64,000 nt of DNA, taken from contig CAVUWA010000009.1 in NCBI GenBank assembly GCA_963744995.1, positions 480,001 through 544,000 on the forward strand. The letters are read 5' to 3'. The position numbers and the translations under genes are program-made. Source of the stretch: Candidatus Eiseniibacteriota bacterium (lineage in GTDB: Bacteria; Eisenbacteria; RBG-16-71-46). The notes beneath the pieces are model-generated. The model searched no databases, was not told where the DNA came from, and saw only the letters and a list, made by a program, of their open reading frames with translations. Position 1 is the first letter of the stretch. Each line of letters begins with the position of its first letter. Of the stretch, positions 19,616 through 28,590 are shown one piece after another.

Positions 19616-20125
19616 ATGACGCAGAGCCTCACCGATCGCCTGTGCACGCGCTGCGGGCTGTGCTGCGACGGCTCGCTGTTCGCCGACGTCGAGCTCGCGG
19701 GCGAGCGCGAGGCGACGCCGCTGGAGATCATGGGGCTCGACGTCGAGACCGACGGCGACGGCTTCGTGCTCCTGCAGCCGTGTGCGGCGCTGCGCGGCAC
19801 GCGCTGCACGGTCTACGCGCACCGGCCGCGATGCTGCCGGACGTTCGAGTGCTACCTGTTGCAGCGGGCGCGCACGGGGGAGGTGAGCGTGGACGAGGCG
19901 CTGGCGCGGATCCGCGTGGCGCACGCCCGTATCGGCCGCCTGCGCGCCCTGCTCGGGCCGGCGCCGCGCGGTGCGGACACGCTGTCGCTCGCCGAACGCT
20001 GCGCCGGCGTTCTCGCGCACCCCGCCAGCGGCGCGCGCGCCGCCTCCCGGCGCGCGCGCATCGAACGCGCGCGCGTCGCGGTCAGACGCACGATTCGCGA
20101 GACGTTCCTCGGCACGGGCGGGTAG
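19616..20125 (+). CDS. YkgJ family Cys-cluster (CxxCxxCC) protein
   Basis: LCTRCGLCCDG...QPCAAL...CTVYAHRPRCCRTFEC. Confidence 0.88.
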   Translation: MTQSLTDRLCTRCGLCCDGSLFADVELAGEREATPLEIMGLDVETDGDGFVLLQPCAALRGTRCTVYAHRPRCCRTFECYLLQRARTGEVSVDEALARIRVAHARIGRLRALLGPAPRGADTLSLAERCAGVLAHPASGARAASRRARIERARVAVRRTIRETFLGTGG

Positions 20126-20282
20126 CGCCACGACGCACTGGCGGCGCCCGCCACGCCGCCCCGGATCCCGCGCCGGACCGCGCCCGGCCGCCCCGCCGGT
20201 TTCCCCGGTTGCCACGCGTTCGCTCCAGCCCTACGTTATTCCGGTTTCCGCTCGTCCGTTCCGACACCTCCTGGAGGTTTCC

Positions 20283-20594
20283 ATGCTGCTCGTCCGCGAC
20301 ATCATGTACTGCAAGCCCGGCAACGTGCGTCCGCTCGCCGAAAAGTTCCTGGCCCTTTCGAAGCTGAGCGCAAAGGTCGGCATGCCGAAGATGAAGGTCA
20401 TGACCGACGTCTGCGCGGAGCGCTTCTGGACCGTCGTCGCCGAGCTGGAGGTCGAAAGCCTCAAGGCGATGGAGGAGATGTATCAGGGCATGAGTGGGAA
20501 CGATGCGAACGCGAAGGAGTTCGAGAAGATCATGCAGGGCTACCACGATCTCGTCGATCAGGGTCGGCGCGAAATCTACAAGATCGAGGGTTGA
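20283..20594 (+). CDS. Small hypothetical protein (NIPSNAP/dimeric alpha-beta barrel-like)
   Basis: GGAGG RBS; 103 aa with typical codon usage; VRDIMYCKPG...GRREIYKIE pattern. Confidence 0.7.
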   Translation: MLLVRDIMYCKPGNVRPLAEKFLALSKLSAKVGMPKMKVMTDVCAERFWTVVAELEVESLKAMEEMYQGMSGNDANAKEFEKIMQGYHDLVDQGRREIYKIEG

Positions 20595-20661
20595 GCGCAC
20601 CGCCCGCGCGGAACCGCCCATGCCTGCAACGCCGCTGCGGATCCGCGCCGCACGAAGCCGG

Positions 20662-21609
20662 ATGGAGCCCATGACGGGCGGCGCTGTCCGTGCGGCGGCG
20701 TACCTGGCCTGCGGCGCCCTGCTGGTCACCGCGCCGGCCGCGCGGCTGCAGGCCGCGGAACCGCCGGCGGCGGGGCCGGACAGCACCGTCGTGGTGCTGC
20801 TCGGCACCGGCAATCCGCACCCCGATCCGGCTCATCAGGGCCCGGCGACGGCGGTGGTGTTCGCGGGGCGCGTGCTGCTGTTCGACGCCGGGCCCGGCGT
20901 CGAGACGCAGATGGCCGCCGCCGGTCTGCCGATCGCCGGCCCGGAGGCGCTGTTCATCACGCATCTGCACAGCGATCACACGCTCGGCTACCCGGACCTC
21001 GTGTTCACATCATGGGTGATGGGCCGCAGGACGCCGCTCCGGGCGTTCGGCCCGCCGGGGCTCCGCGCGATGACCGCCCATCTCGCGGAGGCCTGGGCCG
21101 AGGACATCCGCATCCGCACCGAGGGGCTCGAGCATGAGACGCCCGGTGGCTGGCGCGTGAACGTGACCGAGACCCGCGGGGGCGTGGTCTACGACAGTGC
21201 CGGCGTGCGCGTCACCGCGTTTCCCGTGCCGCACGGCAGCTGGCCGGTCGCCCTCGGCTACCGGGTGGATACGCCGGATCGCTCGATCGTGATTTCGGGT
21301 GACACCCGTTCCAGCAAAGAGGTCGAGCGACAGGCGCGCGGCGTCGACGTGCTCGTTCACGAGGTGTACGCGGCCGCGGCGCTCGAACCGGAAGCGCGGC
21401 CGGGAGGTGACGACTGGCCGGCGTACATGAAGTCGTTCCACACCTCGGACGAAGAGCTCGGACGCCTGGCGGCGCGCGCCGCACCGCACCTGCTGATCCT
21501 CGTCCACATGGAGTACCGGCCACGCACCGAGGCGGAGGCGGTGGACGTGATCCGTGCCGCCGGCTACCGGGGCCGCATCGTGATCGGTGAGGATCTCGGC
21601 CGCTACTGA
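20662..21609 (+). CDS. Secreted MBL-fold metallo-hydrolase (RNase Z/AtsA-like)
   Basis: LLGTG, FDAGPG, THLHSDH, ISGDT, DVLVHE, LVH. Start uncertain (20620, 20662 or 20671). Confidence 0.88.
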   Translation: MEPMTGGAVRAAAYLACGALLVTAPAARLQAAEPPAAGPDSTVVVLLGTGNPHPDPAHQGPATAVVFAGRVLLFDAGPGVETQMAAAGLPIAGPEALFITHLHSDHTLGYPDLVFTSWVMGRRTPLRAFGPPGLRAMTAHLAEAWAEDIRIRTEGLEHETPGGWRVNVTETRGGVVYDSAGVRVTAFPVPHGSWPVALGYRVDTPDRSIVISGDTRSSKEVERQARGVDVLVHEVYAAAALEPEARPGGDDWPAYMKSFHTSDEELGRLAARAAPHLLILVHMEYRPRTEAEAVDVIRAAGYRGRIVIGEDLGRY

Positions 21610-21650
21610 CGGGCCGGCGGCGAGATCTGGCGCGGGCGCCCGCCCGCCGC

Positions 21651-21809
21651 CTACGAGAACCAGCGCCTGGCGAGCCACCAGCCGCCGAACACGCCGGCGA
21701 GGCTGCCGAGTGAACTCACGATGAAGGCCGTCATGATTCCGAAGCGGGCGGCGATACCCCAGCCGATCCAGCCCCCCACGGTCATGCCGATGAAGATGAG
21801 GAGTTTCAT
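21651..21809 (-). CDS. Small Gly-rich two-TM membrane protein (52 aa)
   Basis: MKLLIFIGMTVGGWIGWGIAARFGIMTAFIVSSLGSLAGVFGGWWLARRWFS. Confidence 0.7.
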   Translation of the reverse strand: MKLLIFIGMTVGGWIGWGIAARFGIMTAFIVSSLGSLAGVFGGWWLARRWFS

Positions 21810-21999
21810 CGAAGGCGCGGCGGCGCGGGGGACGAGATCTCGTACATGGACGCACTGTACCAGCCCCACGCCTCGGCGCCGGCACCGGTCCTGTGTTCCG
21901 AGAACCTGGACCAGGGAGCGGCCCCGTGCGCACACCGGGCACTCGAGGATCGTCTCCGGCGTCCTCCACGGGATCGCGCCGCCACTCCACTGCAACGCG

Positions 22000-23319
22000 T
22001 TACGAAGCCTGCTTCAACCGTCTTCGCAGGTTCATGAACCCCACCGCGGCCATCAACACGATCAGAGGCTCGATCGGGGCGCGGAAGCGCAGGCCGCCCC
22101 AGATCGCCATGGCGAGGAGCGAGAAGTAGAGCATCATCCACAGCGGCAGCGAATGAAACAGACGGTCGGGTCCGGCGAGGACGGTGATCACTCCCCAGAG
22201 CCCGAGCGGAAAGATGATCAGGGACCAGAGCAGCACCGGGTCCACGTGCGCCGCGAGCCGGGCGAGCAGGGAGCCGCGATTCTGCCAGGTTCCGGTGCCG
22301 CCGCCTTCGGCGGTCATGCGCCAGAACCGGGCGAGCTTGGCGAGCGCCATCTCCGGAAGGCGGGAGGCGTGTGCGCGTGCGAAGCGCATCGCCTCGGCGC
22401 GCGCGAGTCGATCGCCCTGGATCTCCGGCATGCGGATCAGCGAGTCGTACGGTTGAGCCTTGACGTCGAGCCAGCCGCTGCCGCGCAACGCGGGCTCGTC
22501 CCACGACCGCGGGTTGTAGCCGTCGAGCAGCACGCGGCCGCCGTTGGTCGAGATGGGAACGAGCGCGTGGAACACGAGGGCGTTGCGCAGCGTCCACGGC
22601 CCCACGCTCGAGACGAGGCCCAGACCCAGGAGGGCGATCTGCGCGAGTCGCGCGCCGCCCCCCACGGCGCGTCCGAGCGGCCGCCAGGCCCACAGCGACA
22701 CCACGACCGGCAGCAGCAGGGCGAGCGGTCTGGCGAGCGAAGTGAGACCCCAGACGACGCCGGTCGCGAAGGCGACCCAGACGGACGGGCGCCGCACCCA
22801 GCGCGTGCCGAGCCACAGCGCGAGCAGCATCAGTGCGATGAACAGACTCTCGGTCAGCAGGTATCCGGTGAAGAACACGATCAGCGGATTGACCGCCGCG
22901 AGCCATCCCGCCAGCCATCCGACGCGTGCGTCGAACAGGGCCGTACCGAGCAGGACCACCAGGAGCGGCACGAGCGCCGCGATCAGACACTGGGCCTGCA
23001 CCGCCAGCTCGTAGCGATGCCCGAAGGTGCGATAGACGAGGCTGGTCAGGAACGGCAGGAGCGGCGGCCGGTAGGCGGTGGGACGCGTGTGCCCTTCGGT
23101 TCCGAGCGAATAGCCCGCGCCGCTCGCGAGATTCCAGGCAATGGTGTCGTAGTGGGCGGGATCCGAGTACGGAACCGTGCCCGGGCCGGACAGCATCCAC
23201 GCGTAGCCGGAGCGCAGGACGAGGGCGACGGCGAACAGGAGGAGCCAGCGCAGGCGGCGCGGGCGGGGGGCCGGTGGGGCGGACGGGTGCGTGACGGCGG
23301 GCGCGGAGGCGTGCAGCAT
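22000..23319 (-). CDS. Glycosyltransferase family 39 (ArnT/PMT-like) membrane protein
   Basis: SDPAHYD, AYRPPLLP, LLTESLF, PWTLRN, RFRAPIEP; multi-TM. Confidence 0.85.
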   Translation of the reverse strand: MLHASAPAVTHPSAPPAPRPRRLRWLLLFAVALVLRSGYAWMLSGPGTVPYSDPAHYDTIAWNLASGAGYSLGTEGHTRPTAYRPPLLPFLTSLVYRTFGHRYELAVQAQCLIAALVPLLVVLLGTALFDARVGWLAGWLAAVNPLIVFFTGYLLTESLFIALMLLALWLGTRWVRRPSVWVAFATGVVWGLTSLARPLALLLPVVVSLWAWRPLGRAVGGGARLAQIALLGLGLVSSVGPWTLRNALVFHALVPISTNGGRVLLDGYNPRSWDEPALRGSGWLDVKAQPYDSLIRMPEIQGDRLARAEAMRFARAHASRLPEMALAKLARFWRMTAEGGGTGTWQNRGSLLARLAAHVDPVLLWSLIIFPLGLWGVITVLAGPDRLFHSLPLWMMLYFSLLAMAIWGGLRFRAPIEPLIVLMAAVGFMNLRRRLKQAS

Positions 23320-23392
23320 CGACCCGAGCCTAGCAGAGGCGCTGCCGCGGGGCCACGGCGGCGGGCGATCCTGTCGCTGGCGCGGACGCCGT

Positions 23393-26300
23393 CTAGGCCC
23401 CGCGGCTGCCGCGCGACTTTTCGAGCGCGACCATGCGCGCGATCGCGTCCAGGGTGAGCTCGTCTTTGCCGAGCTCGCGCAGCCGCGCCCACTCGACGCG
23501 CAACTCCGCCGCCAGCGCTTCGGGCAGCGTGCGCAGCCAGCCTTCGATGCGCAGGTCCACGAACTCGCGCTTCTCTTCGATCGTCAGCTCGCGCGCGAGC
23601 AGCAGGCGCGTGGCGTCCTCGGCGTCGACCAGCGACTGGAGGATCGGCCAGCGCGCGCCGGGTGGCGTGTCGCACAGCGCCGCGAACGCGACGCTCGACG
23701 TCTCGCGGATCAGCTCCTCTTCACGCGTCGTCCGACTCTCGTGCGTCTTCGTCTCATCCCAGCTCTCCGACTCCTCGGCCATGTAGCGAAGGTATTCCAT
23801 GGCGAAGAGACAGGTGGGTAAAACCAGCTCGGCGCGCGGACGCGCGTCCACCCACAGCGCGGCGGCCGCACGCTGGCAGCGGCGCTCCGTCGTCTCGGCG
23901 AGCCCGCGGCCGAACACCAGCGCGGCGGCCTCCCGAACGAAGAACGGCAGTTCGCCCGCCACGATCTCGCGGTAGCCCGGCGCATGGCGCCGGAGCAGCA
24001 CGGCGGCGCGCCGGTCCAGCACCTCGAGATCGCTCGTGACCGCCGGCAGGCCGAGCGTGGTGCAGCCGAGGTTGAAGACGATCGCGCGCGGCAGCGTGAC
24101 GCCCTCGGGCCACGCATCGCGCAGATCCCGGTTGTCGGGAAGCCCGGCGCCGCCGCCCCACTCCTCGGGGTAGGTGGGAATCGAGCGTCCGTAGTTGGCC
24201 GACCCGGTGGCGCGGATCCGCACGCGGGTCTGCGGCACCAGCCCGCCGAACGGCGCCAGCAGAGGCGCGATGCGCAGCAGCGTCCCGGTATGCGCGGCGG
24301 CGCCCGCCTCTAGCAGGCGCATGAGGGTCTCGGCGTCCGCGGGCGGCATCGCCGGCGCGGCCGGCAGCGTCTCGGCGGCTTCGCGCAGCGCGGCGGCGAG
24401 CCGCTCGGTCTCCGCGGGCGCGTCCGCCCGGATGCCCTGCAGGGTGACGCCGTCGGCGCGCGCGAAGCCGGCGACCACCCCGGGCCGCTCGAGGTCGAAG
24501 CCGCCGCGGAACCCCGCACGTCCCGCGCCGACCAAAAACGTGACGCGCGGCGCCGGTTCGCCCGCCTTCGCGGCGCGCGCGGCGAGCCGGCGCTCGGCCT
24601 CGGCGCGCCCGGCGAGGGTGAGGGCCAGCGCCGCATCGGTGGCGATCTTGCCGCTCTGTTCGGCGGTGTCGGACATCGCGACGAACACCCGCACCACGGC
24701 ATCGTCGCCGTCGAAGCCGTCGCGGAACGAGTCCGGGCCGGGCGCGTCGGCATGCCCCCCGCCGCGCGCCAGCGCACGATAGAACGCTTCGACGAACTCG
24801 GGCAGATGCGCCAGCGCGCCGACGTTCTCGCAGAGCGGGACGAGCCGGACCTGCGCGACCTTCGCCGCGAATCCGGCCCGTCGCGCGGGCGGAATGCGCC
24901 CTGCGAGGAACGCGTCCGCCTGTTCGCCTGCGCCCAGCAGCCCCGTGATCGCGGCGCGATAGAGCGTGCCGATCTTGACCAGCGCACCGATCTCGGCGGC
25001 GGAGTTGATCTGCGGCACCGTGAGCTCCGGAAAGGCGTTCCGGCGCGGCGTCACCCCGAGGGCCTCGCAGGCCAGCAGGAACAGCAGATTCGCGCGCGCG
25101 ACCGCGGCGAGAATCTTGACGATCTTCTCCTCGTCGGCTTCGAGGAACGGATTCGGCACGCGGAAGAGCAGGTGCCGGTCCTCGCCCGGCACCACGCCGT
25201 GGCGCAACAGGGCGAGCACGGTCTTCTCCGGAAGATCGAGCCACTCCGGGCTGATCTGCCTGCCCTCGAAATCGAGCAGCACCTCGTTGCAGGTGCCGAG
25301 CAGGTCGCAGATCGACTCCTCGAATTCGGTACGGGCGTCTACCAGCGGATTCCATTCCAGGTGCTGGAGGGCGGTGCGCGCGCGTTCCGGCCCCGCGGGG
25401 GCCGCACTGAGGGCGCGCTCGAGCTGGGCGGCGCGGTGTGCGGTGGAGTCCGGGTGCTTGGTGGCGGTCAAGCGGATGTCGCCCTCGCGCGGGCGCTCGC
25501 GGAACGTGCGCCGGGCGGCGGTGAACGCCTCGCGATCGAGGGCGTCCAGGGCGTCGTAGCCGGTCACTTGACACGCGCTGTTCCAGACGGCGTCTTCGAT
25601 GCTCCTGCCGGCGGCGCCCGTCGTCCGCGCGCCCGCACCGAGGCGGCCCTGCGTTTCGATGCACGCCTTCAGGCGGTCGACGAACACGGCCAGCTCCTTG
25701 ACGTCCTTGGAGCCGTAGGAGAGGCGCTGCCACGTTCCGAAGCGCGCCGGATCCGCGCCCGCGAACGCCACGAACGGGATCCCGCCCACGCCGCCCGCGA
25801 GCAGCAGCTCGAAGGCGTCCACCGAGTTCTTCACCACCGCGCGCTCGCGCACGCCGTGTCGCCGCCGCTCGTACGGCTCGCCGACGAGACCCGGAAACGC
25901 CAGCGGGGCGTAGAAGGTGCCGCCGAAATCGGTGCGCTCGACGCCCAGGGGCGCCAGCGCGTCCGCCGCCTGGGCCATGAAGTCGCGCCTCTCGCGCATG
26001 TAGGGCGAGGGACGGCGCAGGCCGGCCAGCGGGCTCTGCAGCGCGGCGAGCGCCCAGTCCTGAGCGAGCGTCGACGGGGTGGCCACCAGCCAGGCCGAGA
26101 GGTGGGCGAGGATCTCGCTCGCTTTGACGCCGTCCGCGCGGATCTGATCCGAGATCACCAGCCAGCAGGCGCGCGCCCCGGTCGAGGCGCCGAACATGTC
26201 CATCTTCGAGAGGCCCGAGAGCGTCACCACCCAGTCGCGCCACTCGGGGTCGGCGAACGCGGGATTGACGAACCAGCCGGAATAGTCGAGGCGCTGGTAG

Positions 26301-26968
26301 ACCGAGTCGTACAGCACGAACGCGCGATGCCGCACGGCGACACGGACCAGCTCTTCCACGAGTGCGCGCGGATAGACGCGCCCGGTGGGGTTGTGGGGGT
26401 TGTTGAGGATCACCGAGGCGATACCGCCACCGGCGAGCAGCGCATCGAGGTCGCCGGGATCGGGGAGAAACTCGGGCGGCGACGTCGCCAGCTCGACCAC
26501 CCGCTTTCCGGCGCGCTCGACGTACCAGTCGTACTCCCAGCTCGGGCGCGGCACGACCACGCCGGCGCCGTCGGCGCCGAGCACTTCGAGCACCATGGCG
26601 AGGCCCGAGCGCGTGCCGGGGGTGAACAGGACCTCATCGGGAAGGAAGCGCACCTCGGACTCGGGATAGTCGAGCAGCCCGTCCCGATTGAAGAACTCCG
26701 CCACCTCGCTGCGCACGTCCATGCGGCCAATCGCCGGACCGTAGCTGTGGACCGTATTGCGGGTGATCCGCTGCGCCGCGCGCACGACTTCGGGGTGCGG
26801 TGCGAAGTCGGCGTTCTTGTAGTCGCCCTGGGTGAGGTCGAGCGCGCCTTCCTGCTGCACGCGACGGGAGAACAGGCGGACGTACGGCTCGGGCGTGAGC
26901 AGCGCACGGGCCGAGAGCGTCGGCGCCGCAGGAATCACCCGCGTCCCGGATGAGGCGGTGGTCTTCAA
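23393..26968 (-). CDS. Fusion: class I/II PLP aminotransferase (AspC-like) + archaeal-type phosphoenolpyruvate carboxylase (PpcA/PEPcase_2-like)
   Basis: TTG start 6 nt after GGAGGA. N-half: NNPHNPTG, YDSVY, SGLSK (PLP Lys), GAR, RLSY. C-half: ATKHPD, DFEGR, FRVPNP, LVPLCE, RVFVAMSDTA, GAGRAGFRGG, TLQ, LPRAIVF...LGLP, in PpcA order. Confidence 0.8.
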   Translation of the reverse strand: MKTTASSGTRVIPAAPTLSARALLTPEPYVRLFSRRVQQEGALDLTQGDYKNADFAPHPEVVRAAQRITRNTVHSYGPAIGRMDVRSEVAEFFNRDGLLDYPESEVRFLPDEVLFTPGTRSGLAMVLEVLGADGAGVVVPRPSWEYDWYVERAGKRVVELATSPPEFLPDPGDLDALLAGGGIASVILNNPHNPTGRVYPRALVEELVRVAVRHRAFVLYDSVYQRLDYSGWFVNPAFADPEWRDWVVTLSGLSKMDMFGASTGARACWLVISDQIRADGVKASEILAHLSAWLVATPSTLAQDWALAALQSPLAGLRRPSPYMRERRDFMAQAADALAPLGVERTDFGGTFYAPLAFPGLVGEPYERRRHGVRERAVVKNSVDAFELLLAGGVGGIPFVAFAGADPARFGTWQRLSYGSKDVKELAVFVDRLKACIETQGRLGAGARTTGAAGRSIEDAVWNSACQVTGYDALDALDREAFTAARRTFRERPREGDIRLTATKHPDSTAHRAAQLERALSAAPAGPERARTALQHLEWNPLVDARTEFEESICDLLGTCNEVLLDFEGRQISPEWLDLPEKTVLALLRHGVVPGEDRHLLFRVPNPFLEADEEKIVKILAAVARANLLFLLACEALGVTPRRNAFPELTVPQINSAAEIGALVKIGTLYRAAITGLLGAGEQADAFLAGRIPPARRAGFAAKVAQVRLVPLCENVGALAHLPEFVEAFYRALARGGGHADAPGPDSFRDGFDGDDAVVRVFVAMSDTAEQSGKIATDAALALTLAGRAEAERRLAARAAKAGEPAPRVTFLVGAGRAGFRGGFDLERPGVVAGFARADGVTLQGIRADAPAETERLAAALREAAETLPAAPAMPPADAETLMRLLEAGAAAHTGTLLRIAPLLAPFGGLVPQTRVRIRATGSANYGRSIPTYPEEWGGGAGLPDNRDLRDAWPEGVTLPRAIVFNLGCTTLGLPAVTSDLEVLDRRAAVLLRRHAPGYREIVAGELPFFVREAAALVFGRGLAETTERRCQRAAAALWVDARPRAELVLPTCLFAMEYLRYMAEESESWDETKTHESRTTREEELIRETSSVAFAALCDTPPGARWPILQSLVDAEDATRLLLARELTIEEKREFVDLRIEGWLRTLPEALAAELRVEWARLRELGKDELTLDAIARMVALEKSRGSRGA

Positions 26969-27155
26969 GCGCTGTCCTCCGGATCTCGGCCGCCGGCCGG
27001 CATCGAACCCGCTGCGGGCGACACCGACGCGACGCGAAGTGCGCCATCCTAGAGGATCCGCCGCGCGGGCGCGACGTGATCGCCGCGCCGCTGGAATCCG
27101 GACTCTTGACCCCGCATTCACAACCGGGCCGCGGCGCGGGTTCATCACAAGGAGC

Positions 27156-27563
27156 ATGAGGACCGCCCGCGGACCCGGGCAGCTCACGAGAACCGGCGTT
27201 CTGTTTCCGATGGTGCTCCTTCTCGCCGGAGCCGATGCCGGCGGCGCCTGTACGATGGCGGTCGCCGCGCCGGACCTGTGCAGACCGGTCTGCCGCGCGC
27301 CCGAAGCCGCCGCGGCGCAGGAGCCGCCCGAAGCGGGCATCGCGTGCCCCGCCTGCCGGGCTCCGGAAGCGGCGGTTGCCGCCGATGATCCGCGCGAAAC
27401 GCGGTTCGTTTCGCCTCGAGCCCTTCCGGCAACCCATGCCCGCGAAGGCGACGGCACCTCGCCGGGCACCGCGGCCCGGCGCCGCGTGGCGGCGTTCGAA
27501 GGTCCGTGCCCTGCGAACAGCGCCCCCGCCGCTCACGCGGCCAGGCCGCCTCCGCAGGTCTGA
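27156..27563 (+). CDS. Putative DUF2946/CruR-like regulatory leader protein
   Basis: AAGGAG immediately before ATG; hydrophobic N-region, CRPVC and CPAC motifs, C-terminal ARPPP; lies upstream of Met-rich and SHOCT genes. Confidence 0.5.
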   Translation: MRTARGPGQLTRTGVLFPMVLLLAGADAGGACTMAVAAPDLCRPVCRAPEAAAAQEPPEAGIACPACRAPEAAVAADDPRETRFVSPRALPATHAREGDGTSPGTAARRRVAAFEGPCPANSAPAAHAARPPPQV

Positions 27564-27729
27564 TCGCGCAGCCACCTGTCCGCGACCTCCGGCGCCGGCG
27601 CCGTTCGCGGGCGGCAGATCGGCGCCAACGCGGCGCACCCCCGCATCGCGCGGGAGTGGAGCGCCGCCTGGACATGGACGACGGGCGTGACGACGCCCCG
27701 CGGGGGCGCACGCCTCGGAGGAGTGACCG

Positions 27730-28266
27730 ATGAGGAAACACTGGTATTGGGTAACGGCCCTGCTGATGGGGGCCCTGATCTTCAGCGCGGGGGCCTACGA
27801 GGCGGCCACCGCCCAGATGGGCGGCATGCACGCCCACGGAACGCAGCCGCAGCAGATGTCCCCGCAGACGGGCCACGGCGCGGCGCCGCAGGCGATGGCG
27901 CAGATGAAGGATGCCGACGCCGCCATGCGTACGGCGCGGACCCGGATGATGTCCGAGCTGCGCGCTTCGGACGCCAGACTCGACGCCCTGATCTCGAAGA
28001 TGAACTCGACCACCGGAGCGCGGAAGGCGGACGCGATGGCGCAGGCGATCACGGAGCTGGCCGCGCAGCGCCGCGAGATGTGGGACCAGGTCATGGCGAT
28101 GCAGCCGCTGATGATGCGCGACATGATGGGCCACATGCAGGTGGGCATGATCGACGGCATGGACAGGTCCATGGGTTCGATGATGAACGCAAGCGGCATG
28201 CAGAGCGGTCGGGCATCCACGTCGGACGGCGGGATGAGCGCAGGGCACGGGTCGCAGCATCGATGA
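27730..28266 (+). CDS. Secreted Met/His-rich protein (putative Cu/Ag-binding)
   Basis: GGAGGAG RBS; signal peptide; 27 Met in 178 aa plus His clusters. Confidence 0.75.
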   Translation: MRKHWYWVTALLMGALIFSAGAYEAATAQMGGMHAHGTQPQQMSPQTGHGAAPQAMAQMKDADAAMRTARTRMMSELRASDARLDALISKMNSTTGARKADAMAQAITELAAQRREMWDQVMAMQPLMMRDMMGHMQVGMIDGMDRSMGSMMNASGMQSGRASTSDGGMSAGHGSQHR

Positions 28267-28350
28267 CGCCGATCGGCGGAGTCGGGTGCGAGATCCGGCA
28301 CCGACGCCACGATCGTGCCGCTGGTTCAATCGAAGGAAGGGGGGGTGGAC

Positions 28351-28566
28351 ATGCATGGTTGGGGAGTAATGGGAGGCGCGGGCTGGACGTCGCTGCTGTG
28401 GGTTTTCGTTCTGGCCCTGGCGCTCTTTCTGTTCTGGTCGTTCGTGCCGGGCACGCGCGGTCGCGGCGACAGCGATACGCCCGAAACGATTCTGAAACGC
28501 CGCTATGCGCACGGCGACATCAGCCGGGAGGAGTACGAGCGAAGACTTCAGGACTTGAGGAGATAG
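28351..28566 (+). CDS. SHOCT domain-containing membrane protein
   Basis: MHGWGVMGG, one TM, ETILKRRYAHGDISREEYERRLQDL SHOCT motif. Confidence 0.9.
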   Translation: MHGWGVMGGAGWTSLLWVFVLALALFLFWSFVPGTRGRGDSDTPETILKRRYAHGDISREEYERRLQDLRR

Positions 28567-28590
28567 CCGGCGTGGGTGTGCGACCGGCCG

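Noticed and set aside
27106..27130. CueR/MerR-type operator (TTGACCCCG...CGGG) before the putative copper genes
   Set aside because: The dyad is only 4 bp, there is no good -10 at 19-bp spacing and no MerR gene nearby.
26969..27469. ORF-track N-terminal extension of the aminotransferase-PEPC fusion
   Set aside because: It is low-complexity Arg/Ala/Pro sequence; the TTG at 26968 has a GGAGGA RBS, and the extension overlaps the divergent leader ORF.
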